Below are positions 26,523-35,842 of a stretch of DNA of 64,000 nucleotides, in pieces. Source of the stretch: Marsupella aquatica (lineage: Eukaryota > Plantae > Marchantiophyta); contig OZ316896.1 of assembly GCA_973895155.1 (NCBI GenBank), positions 7,086,232-7,150,231 on the forward strand. Reading direction: 5' to 3'. A program made the position numbers and the translations under genes. Below the pieces are notes generated by a model. The model searched no databases. It was not told the origin of the DNA and was given only the letters and a program-made list of their open reading frames with translations. How positions within the stretch are numbered: the first letter of the stretch is position 1; every line of letters starts with the position of its first letter.

Positions 26523-29500
26523 TATGACGCCGCCGGTACGATGGGTAATGAGTAATTTGGTCTAATCGCGCTTAGCACGCGCGTTAGGGGTATCTTAGGC
26601 CGTTATTATTAGCATAATGACAGTATTTAGGTAGCCATTATGAGTAGGAAATCATTAGTCAATAAGGGGAATTCATGTTCGGGCTGGCGGCGGGTCGCCA
26701 TTCGCACGCCCGGGTTGCGAGGGTGTAATGGGCCCTTTTCCCCCCTCTCTCGGGTCTGTATAACGAACTCCGGGAGGCGGCCACTGACATGAGCTGACCC
26801 GGACTGGAGAAGAGGCCGGTACACTGCGAGCGTGAAAGGCTCGACCTATAATCGACGAGGAGGCGTCGGGCAATCGACAAGCTCTCAGGGTATAAAAGGG
26901 GGCCGATCCTTTGCAGTGCACCAAGCTCTCCAGTCCACGCGCCAGCTTTGATCCCAGCTCTCTTGCTTTTCCTTAGTCACCTGCTATCTCCCCTGAATGT
27001 CGCACATGATCCTTTCCAGTTCGGCCATACGATTCTGGACTCAGTTCCTGTCTATCGGAGGGCACTTGGTCGACTCATTGAAACATGTCAATCCACGCCG
27101 ATATGAGATCAAACGCGAATACGAGAGAGCCATCCGCCTAGCAAGCCGCCACCACTATCTCCTTAACTTTGAGTACCCATCCCAGAGCGAGCTTTACCGA
27201 CCCAAAGAGGTATCAGGGTACTTCTTCGATGGAGGCAAATACATCGGCTTCTGGGAGGCACTGCTTCGGCTTCCGGACGAGGTCTTCAATATTCCGGGCA
27301 CGATCAACTTACAGCGGCACCACTTTGACCACATCCCCGCTCGGGTCTGGGCTATCATCAACGGCGAGTTCAACACTACTCGGTCGATAGGACCATCTTC
27401 ACTTACGTCGGAAAACCTCCACCGGCACTTGCAGAACTTCATGGCAACTATACCATCAACAACCAGTGCCGGCCAACCCGTGCCCGTACCCGCACCTACA
27501 CCTCCTCGGCCTTAGCCAAGCCGGTCCCCGCCACCGGTTCCACCACCTCTCCGAGTACGATCCGTGGTGAATGCGGTACATATTAGCTCCGAAGACGAGG
27601 AGGCTCACCCTCCTCTGAATCGATGACCGTGGGGTACAAACAACCCCGCACCACCCCAGCAAGCCCAAGGGGACAACACGGTAACCTAGTGGCCCCGGCA
27701 CCAATACTCACGGCAGTCGTGCTACCACCACCTGACCGAGAGGATGGAGAGATGTCCCCTTCTTCTAGTCACCCCAGGAATCAGTCTCGGGGTAGGAAGA
27801 GGAAGGAGCCCGCAGCCGTATCCGGGTTGCCTTTTGCCACGATTGCGGTAGCCAAGCTGACCATGCATCGCATGGGGGACAACGTTCACAAGAACATCCT
27901 CCACCCCAAGCATGCATGCTATCTGAAGACCCAGGGGTTTGAGCACCTCGCCTCTCTCCCTTGGAACGGAAGCAGGTATTACGGGTAGGATATGACGGAG
28001 TTCATTCAGAACTTTGACGAGGCCCATCAACAAACCCGAGCGCACGAGAGAGTGATGTGTCTCGATGAGGCACATCTGAAGATGATTTTTGGCTTACCCG
28101 AGGGGATAAACCGGGTAGAGTCGTGGGCTCCTGGGGGCAAGGGAGCTAAATACCAGTCATCTAGCTTCCCGGCCGAAGGGGTAGTGGACAATGGGTTCTT
28201 AATGAGGACGTACCTCATCCCGGAGGTAGTAGAACGCCTAGAGTTCCAGCAATATGCCCTCCACATGATGGAACCTAGAGGAGAAATATCGGCCGCTCAG
28301 GTCATCCAGGTGGAGAACTATCGGCCCAGGAAGTGGGCGTCCTTCTTCGTCAAGAAGTTCCACGAGGAGATGGAGCGGAGAAGGAAGATTTGTACCTTGG
28401 TGGGAGGGCGTACTTCGCTAGCCACGTCGAAATCATCCTCGAGTGGTACACTCGTTTTGACCGCTGGAGTCTCCCGCGTCTCAATGAGCCCAAGCTGACC
28501 CCGCCAAAATGGGTGTTCCCAGCCCCTGGCGACCGCAGCCCGAGGCCCAAAGTCTGGCAGTTGCAAGTCCTGCTATCCCGGCCCCGCAACCCGCCGCTGC
28601 CGCCCCGCCAGGCATACCCATTGACGTTATTGCGACCTTAGACGCGATCAATCGGGACAATGCCATCGAAGCCGGGCCGGATGAAGCCGTACCCGAAGAA
28701 GATACCACGGTGGCCGGGGAGACTCCGTCACCCCCCGCAATGGTGCAGGAGAACCACCCACCTCCAGTGGAACCCGCCCCTTCGACCGACTTACCTCAAG
28801 GGCTGGATGTGTCCACTCCTACTCCCGCACGGGTTGGAGTATGCCCGTGCCCAAATCCAGAGGGACACAGTCTAGACCATCCGGAACTCTTTGCGTCGGG
28901 CACTTTTTTGAACAGGTTGTTGGGAGATTTCTTGCAACAGATCTCTCGGGACACCGGGGAATACATGGCCCAGAGGGTGGCCTACTTCTTCAACCAGGAG
29001 TTGGTTGCGGCAGTAAGGGCAGGACATGCGCAGGCAGAGACCGCACAGAGAATAGAGCGATATCGGGTTGACTCTGCCTACCTGAAGGACAAAGTGGCAA
29101 CCCTGGAGGCTGAACTCCAGCAACTACGGCCTCAGGTAACGGCCACGGAGGACCAGGTCGCCGAGGCTAGAGCCCAAGCAGCGTTGGCAGTACAGGCCGG
29201 GATTGGAAAGGACGCCAAGATTGCGCGGCTCCAAACCAAGATTGACGGTGTGTAGGGGCAAGCCGTCAGTTGGCAAAAGGATTTGGAGGAAGCTGACTCC
29301 AGGTCTCAGCGGGAATAGCCGAGATTGACGCCCTGAAGGCAGAGGTGGCACGGCTTCAAGGAGAAGCCACTATACAGGCCCAGTTGGTGGACAAGCTGAC
29401 GAGCGACACCCAGCAACTGGAGGAGGCATGCCAGGAAGCCGCGGAAGAGGCAGACACGGCAAAGCGGGAAAACGAATCTCTGCTGGACCAGGTCCAGCTA

Positions 29501-30456
29501 CTCAAGCAGGACGCCGACAGGCTCAGAAGGCAGCGGGATAGCCGCTCCCACTCAGGCGGCTCTGGCAAGCGTGCCAGACATTAGTGGCAGAGTAGGATTA
29601 GAGTAGAGTTAGGAATAGCTCAATTAAGCTATAGGGACAAGCACCTGCCCTGGTTAGGGCAGCACTGCCATGTTGTACAACCTGCGTAGATTAGGATCTT
29701 CTAATAAGACAAGCCGTTTTCCGGCCTGACAGCCAGCTTAGTTAGGACCTTAGTTAGCAAATCTTCGGGCGTGAGGGCACTCCGTTCCTCAGCCCTTAGT
29801 ATTTAGTGCGCCCCTCGGTAGAAGCAAGGGGGGGTTTTTAGGCTCAGTGTGGGGCATCCGCGGTATGTGCAGGGAGTCCCGACCTCTGGGAGTGAAAGAG
29901 TACCGAGGGGAGGGTGTGGGACTAAGCTCGCTGGGCGAGTGCGGAGCCGGGCTCTGTTGTAGTGTACACCCTCGGCCTTGGACCTGTTCATTCCGGAGCT
30001 TTCGGGTCAACTAAGTGTACGCATATGTCTCCTTTGTAGTAAAATCCTTCCCCATTATTTCCTTCGTGTAAATCGAGATTGTATGCTTGCACGTATGTGT
30101 ATGTGTGAATCTCGTGTATAGGTGCCAACGCTTGGCCGAACGCACTACCCAAGTCGGGCACGGGGTGCAGCTTGCGGGTAGTGGTTGCGAGCCCGGGTTG
30201 AGTACCCATATCATCGAATCCGGATCAAAGGCGGACGACACGAAGGCTTAGAGGCTAAGCCGGGGTCGATCCTGCTATCGACTGAGGAACACAAACCATA
30301 CCTAGGAGGTGTCTGTATGTGACAATAGGCGCACTTAGCGCTAGTTTACGTGAGTTAGGTGCATTCCATGTATCCCTCCCTGCCCGAACCCTCATTTTGA
30401 CGAAGGATGTGCCTATCTAAGCCGAAGCCCGGGTTAAGGCCTAGGTTGACGTGACA
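26523..30456 (+). mobile_element. 3.9-kb solo-LTR-like element with 5-bp TSD, carrying a long decayed ORF
   Basis: TSD CTCTC at 26518-26522 and 30457-30461. Termini TATGACG...CGTGACA. TATAAAA at 26891-26897. The host integrase rejoins (GTEFH|GEFESLC) when the insert is removed. Confidence 0.82.
26997..29584 (+). pseudogene. Accessory-type ORF (Pro-rich, basic RGRKRK, plant transposon protein-like core, C-terminal coiled coil), broken by stops and frameshifts
   Basis: Successive + strand ORFs 26997-27515, 27623-27988, 27992-28498, 28333-28641, 28509-29255 and 29345-29584. The C-terminus is conserved in the second copy at 63514-64000. Confidence 0.65.
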
Positions 30457-31130
30457 CTCTCCATGCATGGAACTCAGTTCCTTGATTAGTCAACACCTCA
30501 GCTAGTGCTCCAAAATGACTGAGTACACAATCCAAAAATGTGGCAGCAACTCCTCCACTAGCTTTATCTAGCAATGCCACTAGCTCAATCCACTTGGAGA
30601 AATGCTCAACCATAACCAAAACATAACGGTTATGTCGTTGGGTGAGAGACAATGGACCAACAAAGTCCAAACTCCATCTATACCCCAAACCCATGATCGG
30701 CAATGGATGCAACTGGGGAGTGGGAGCATTAAATGATGCCCTCACTCGATCACATACCACACACTTAGCTATCAGTTGCTGGACATGAGTGTGCATACCA
30801 CGTCACCAATACTGTGTCTGCAGCAAATTGTAAGTGCGTTTCACACCAAAGTGACCCAACTCCTCGTGCGCATGTTGCACCAAATGTACTTGTTGTGATG
30901 ATTTTGGTACCACCAATACCTTACCATCACGTAGTACTCTCAAAAGATGGTTTCCTTCCCATCAAAACCTCTTGGCTCTTTGCAGAACCCTGTCACCAAT
31001 AGAACCAGTGCGCAAGTATTCCAACACTCTCTCATCATTGTGAATATCCCGCTGTCCAATCACAACCTCACCAACATCCATATATATAGACTCATAATCT
31101 ACTAGACAGATCCATTGCATGCTGGAACCC

Positions 31131-31156
31131 AACCCTAAACCCTAAACCCTAAACCC
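31131..31156. repeat. Short interstitial plant telomere repeat (CCCTAAA)x3+
   Basis: AACCCTAAACCCTAAACCCTAAACCC lies exactly at the Gypsy/LINE junction. Confidence 0.85.
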
Positions 31157-31158
31157 AT

Positions 31159-31950
31159 CTTTAGCTCCGTCACCTCCTTGCTGAGTGTGGTAATCTCAAT
31201 TGCGGAGTTTTCAGCCACAACTAAGATTTTCTCAAGCAAAGCCTTGAGATGGGCAATCTCCTCCGTTGCCATCACAAAGCTTTTCCAGTGATACACTCTC
31301 GCTGTTTCCAATGCTCTGGCAAAGTCTGAGCTTAAACCGCAGCCAATTTCCCTTCCAACTCGAAGTGAAATTTCGCCCCAAGCTCAGAATTGCGAAACTG
31401 GAGACGTAACAGATCGTGCATGCTAAAGTGCATATCAAACGATGTCGGTTGCAGCTCTAACTTTGCCAGTGATACATTCTTGCTGTTTCCAATGCTCTGG
31501 CAAAATCTGAGCTCAAACTGCAGCCGATTGCCCTTCCAACTCGAAGTGAAATTTCGCCCCGAGCTCAGAATCGCGAAACTGGAGACGTAACAGATCGTGC
31601 ATGCTAAAGTGCATACCAAACGATGTCAGTTGCAGCTCTAACTTTGCCAGTGATACATTCTCGCTGTTTCCAATGCTCTGGCAAAGTCTGAGCTTAAACT
31701 GCAGCCGATTGCCTTTTCAACTCGAAGTGAAATTTCGCCCCGAGCTCAGAATCGCAAAACTGGAGACGTAACAGATCGCACATGCTAAAGTGCATACCAA
31801 ACGATGTCGGTTGCAGCTCTAACTTTGCCAGTGATACATTCTCGCTGTTTCCAATGCTCTGGCAAAGTCTGAGCTTAAACCGCAGCCGATTGCCCTTCCA
31901 ACTCGAAGTGAAATTTCGCCCCGAGCTCAGAATCGCGAAACTGGAGACGT
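31159..31950 (-). mobile_element. 5' fragment of the RTEX-like LINE (181-bp monomers + start of ORF1), lacking the 78-bp intron
   Basis: Reverse complement matches 34324-34986 joined directly to 35065-35184. Confidence 0.9.
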
Positions 31951-32099
31951 CTGTAGTTTCTGAAGTTGGTCCACCATATCTGATCAATCCTGACCTCATG
32001 GAGAGTATCATATAGGCTAAGCTTCTCCATCTGCAAAACTGAAGCACCTCATTCTCAAAATCAAGAATTCAACAGTTTGAATCAAACAAACTAACCAAA

Positions 32100-32517
32100 G
32101 ACTCTTGCACTTTCTCACTCCACAGACTTTTGCAAGGATTTCCCAAGGACTTCAAGTCCTTCCTCACTCCAAGTCCTTGGTAAATCCTTAGAGTCCTTAC
32201 CAAAGGACTTAGCCAAGGACTCAGTGTTCTTGTCGACGGACTAATTGTCCTTGCCCAAGGACTTCTGTCCTTTCCCAAGGACTCCGGTCATTTCCCAAGG
32301 ATTGTGTGTCCTTGCCCAAGGACTCCGTGTTCTTTCCCAAGGACTCTGCCCAAGGACTCCAAGTCCTAGACATGGCCGAAGGACTCCCAGTCCTTGCCCC
32401 ACGTCTCCAATAAGTACTTCAAGTGCTTATGAAGGACTTCAAGTGCTCAAGCGAGAACTGAAACTCCTTAAGAAGGACTTGAACTTCTTGGCCCTTGTTG
32501 TCCGAGTCCTGCTAGTG
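32100..32517. repeat. CAAGGACT/AGTCCTTG-rich region ending in ...CTGCTAGTG (possible CACTA terminus with subterminal repeats)
   Basis: Many short AAGGACT motifs in both orientations. The reverse complement of the end reads CACTAGCAGGAC. Confidence 0.4.
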
Positions 32518-32722
32518 TGACAAACCATAATGACAACCAAAGGCAAACAAATAAAGGACAAAATAACATCACAAGGTAGGAAACCCATAGTTACCTGCTT
32601 GATCTCTACAACTAGTTCACAGTAGTGGCTCTTGTTTTCCGCCCTGATTTAGTTTGCTGCACATAAAACAATTTTCTATATTATTCAGTTTACAGCACCC
32701 AAAGAAAAACATTCTTCCTTTG

Positions 32723-34147
32723 CTACGGGTCTCTCACAAGAAGTTGCAATCTTTTCCTGGAGTTTGATGACTTGGGAGGAACAACTTGGGATTGGGTTGC
32801 ACTCCTGGACTGTGGAGGAGATGTTTCTCCTGCTTCAGTTTGAACGAGGCTCAACAGTTGCCTGAATGAAACATGAGAGAGAGACTCACTGGGAGTGAAG
32901 GGCAAGGTGCCAAGCTCAAGAGGTGTTAATGGGGTACTGGTCACCTTGCTAGCTACTTCACTCTCCTGCTTCTGTTTCTTCCTCACATGCAGTCCGATGG
33001 CTGCTGTGGAATTGAACACTGGCATTTTAGGAGACTCATCCTCAGGGGCACCCTGTTCATGCACCACACTAGTGTGGTCCACATTGTTCAACAACACAGT
33101 TGCTTGGACCTCGGCTTGTTCCTGCACACACAATGACAACATTCACTTAATGGCCCAACTAAAAAGTAACTCAAACTGTCCAACTACCTAAACATGACCT
33201 GCAGGCCTAGTCTGGTTATACACATACCACTGCTTGCGTGGACTGCATCTGTTGCAAAAGGTGACGACGTGTGCCCAATTGGACACTGTTAGCCCCATAT
33301 GTTGCCTTCATCTCCTAAATATAGGAGCCTTCACCTGACGGCAGCTTGTCTACCGCTCTCTTTGGAAGACCCCAACTTCGAATCCAATCTTCACAAAAGG
33401 GTTCCCCACAAGCAAAGCAACAGCTTGTCCTTGTTTTATCCCCCAACAAGGTAAATAAACAATGCGGATGATAGGCGTGGCCACAACTTGTTGGAACCCA
33501 ATTGAAACAATGATACCCGTGGCAACAAACTGGACAATTACTCACGAACACTTCAGTTCCCACTATCACAATTGATGTGGGAACAAATCAAGGCTGCAAT
33601 GTTGGACATGGATTGGATACCACAGGCTCCAAAATGGCCAATTCAGCCTTTTGAGCTGCTGCAGCCAACTCCAAACGCTTCACATGTCCTTCCAACTGTG
33701 ATTCCACAACTTTCAAACGAGCCACCTTGTATGGTAACTGTTCAAAGCGCTTCTTCCTGGTCTCAATGAGCTTCTCAAATGTAGCCATCCCCTTTACGAT
33801 AAATGACTCAGATTCCTTCAAAGCCTCCATGGCCCTGTTACCCTCCTCCAACTTCTGTTGCAGGATAACAACTTAGCTTTCCTGCCCACCCCAAAAAAGA
33901 TATGCACACGACAACATTATTTGCAGCTCATCGTCAATGCATCAATGCCTCGTCCTGCTAAATTGAATCCAACATCTCAACTAAACATATATATCCAGCC
34001 TACAGATAGTTTGATGGACACAGGGACAGGTATATATATGGTCTGACATTGTACCTCCTCATCTTGCTCTCCCTTGAGCTCCTCAAGCTCTATTTCCATT
34101 GACATGTCATCATACAAGGTGTCTGTGGCCTTCACTTTGATTCTCAC
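32723..34147 (-). pseudogene. Coiled-coil + RING zinc-finger gene, multi-exon, disrupted; 5' part cut by the LINE
   Basis: CPVC...SCGHAYHPHC...CFAC RING spacing in 33315-33569. Coiled-coil ORF at 33588-33851. Plausible GT-AG junctions near 33855 and 33121. Confidence 0.55.
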
Positions 34148-34308
34148 ATGGTAATGGTAATGGTAATGTATTATAAGCTCCGGGACCATGAAAGTCAAAG
34201 GAGCTGCCACAAAAAGTAAAGTACAATGCAATCAAAGAAAAGAGCAACCAAAAGAGATTGCTCAGAAGAGGACAACTATGTCCTCAAAGAAACTATGGAC
34301 CTAGAGAG
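34148..34308 (-). mobile_element. Inverted 3' terminal ~160 bp of the RTEX-like LINE, including the (CCATTA)n tail
   Basis: Reverse complement of ~38994-39154. Confidence 0.92.
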
Positions 34309-34323
34309 CCCTCCACATTTGCA

Positions 34324-35005
34324 AGTTTCGCGATTCTGAGCTCGGGGCAAAATTTCACTTCGAGTTGGAAGGGCAATCGGCTGCGGTTTAAGCTCAGATT
34401 TTGCCAGAGCATTGGAAACAGCAAGAATGTATCACTGGCAAAGTTAGAGCTACAACCGACATCGTTTGGAATGCTCTTTAGCATGCGCGATCTGCTACGT
34501 CTCCAGTTTCGCGATTCTGAGCTCGGGGCAAAATTTCACTTCGAGTTGGAAGGGCAATCGGCTGCGGTTTGAGCTTAGATTTTGCCAGAGCATTGGAAAC
34601 AGCAAGAATGTATCACTGACAAAGTTAGAGCTGCAACCGACATCGTTTGATATGCACTTTAGCATGCACGATCTGTTACGTCTCCAGTTTCGCAATTCTG
34701 AGCTTGGGGCGAAATTTCACTTCGAGTTGGAAGGGAAATCGGCTGCGGTTTAAGCTCAGACTTTGCTAGAGCATTGGAAACAGCGAGAATGTATCACTGG
34801 CAAAGTTAGAGCTGCAACCGACATCGTTTGGTATGCACTTTAGCATGCACGATCTGCTACGTGTCCAGTTTTGGGATTTTGAGCTTGGGGCAAAATTTCA
34901 CTTCGAGTTGGAAGGGCAATCGGCTGCGGTTTGAGCTCAGACTTTGCCAGAGTGTTGCAAACAGTGAGAGTGTATCACTGGCAAAGGTAGAGCTGCAATT
35001 GACAT
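34324..35005 (+). repeat. About 3.7 tandem 181-bp monomers in the LINE 5' UTR
   Basis: The AGTTT unit start recurs at 34324, 34505, 34686 and 34867. Confidence 0.93.
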
Positions 35006-35064
35006 CCTCTACTGCTCCCAATTTCTATTTGTCGTCTAAGAGTACATTCTAACAACAGTTTCAG
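34987..35064 (+). other. 78-bp spliceosomal intron in the LINE 5' UTR
   Basis: AAG|GTAGAG ... CTAAC ... TTTCAG|CTTTGTG. The segment is precisely absent from the copy at 31159-31950. Confidence 0.8.
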
Positions 35065-35071
35065 CTTTGTG

Positions 35072-35842
35072 ATGGCAACGGAGGAGATTGCCCATCTCAA
35101 AGCTTTGCTTGAGAAAATCTTAGTTGTGGTTGAAAACTCCGCAATTGAGATTACCACACTCAGCAAGGAGGTGACGAAGCTAAAGAATGAGAATGTCAAG
35201 CAAAAGAGGTTGATTAGTGATCTTCGATCTCAAACTCAGGAGAATGGTAAGCAACTCTCATTGCTTGCATCGTGTTTTGGAGACATGGAGAAGAGTATGT
35301 GCCCAGAGAAATCAGTGATACATGAGGCTGTAGGGGAGATTGAGGAGAAGCTCAAAACCTTTGCACAGGCTGCAAAACAATCACATATGGAATTTGTCCA
35401 AGCCAAGGAGGAGGAGAGGAGAGCACTAGAGGAAGAACACAAGAACCAGCATGCAAGAGTCAGCAACTGCAAAATATCAGGCCTTGTTGAGGAGGAGAAG
35501 GAAGACACCAAGAAGGTAGCAATTTCATTCTTCCAATCTCAGATGAAAGTGCATGACCCTATCATTTTGCAAGCATATAGGATTGGGCAAAAGAAGGGGG
35601 ACCTTCCACGTCCAATCTTGGTGAAGTTTGCAGCTGAATCCGAGAAAGCTAGAGTGATGGCTAACAGGAGCATGCTTAAAGGGCTAAGGATTTGGTTGGA
35701 TGATGATCTGACTCCCACACAAGTCCAAGCAAGGAAAATTGAGCTTGAGAAGGTGAGGGTAGCCAAAGACCAAGGATTGGTAGCCTACTTGCGCAATGGA
35801 CAAGCTGTTGTTACCAATAAGAAGAGAGTTGTTTCTAAATGA
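35072..35842 (+). CDS. LINE ORF1p (coiled coil + RRM/CTD-like)
   Basis: Intact ~256-aa ORF. Motifs AYRIG..PRPILVKF and LKGLRIWLDDDLTP. Confidence 0.85.
   Translation: MATEEIAHLKALLEKILVVVENSAIEITTLSKEVTKLKNENVKQKRLISDLRSQTQENGKQLSLLASCFGDMEKSMCPEKSVIHEAVGEIEEKLKTFAQAAKQSHMEFVQAKEEERRALEEEHKNQHARVSNCKISGLVEEEKEDTKKVAISFFQSQMKVHDPIILQAYRIGQKKGDLPRPILVKFAAESEKARVMANRSMLKGLRIWLDDDLTPTQVQARKIELEKVRVAKDQGLVAYLRNGQAVVTNKKRVVSK

Larger units (their letters stand above)
25024..31125 (-). mobile_element. Ty3/Gypsy 3' portion: integrase with C-terminal PHD finger, PPT and LTR; split by a 3.9-kb insertion
   Basis: Integrase motifs C..C, WSLDFVGP, VEHFSKWIE, VLTNQGTEF|, HPEADGLVERVV, YGREP. PHD CMLC..MLICDKCSRRWHMSCLTP..GSWLCPQC at 25690-25830. 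PPT AGGGGGGCGA at ~25513-25523. LTR TGTC..GACA at 25024-25375, plus a partial second copy at 25378-25512. Confidence 0.88.

Noticed and set aside
34430-34550. Pol III A/B-box-like motifs in the monomer (TGGCAAAGTTAG, CTTCGAGT) suggesting a tRNA or SINE origin
   Set aside because: The B box is poor, the spacing is ~100 bp, and no cloverleaf is evident.
31232-34753. Multiple similar ORFs (..SSFAILSSGRNFTSSWKGN..)
   Set aside because: They are translations of the 181-bp UTR monomers. 181 is not a multiple of 3, so the frames shift each unit.
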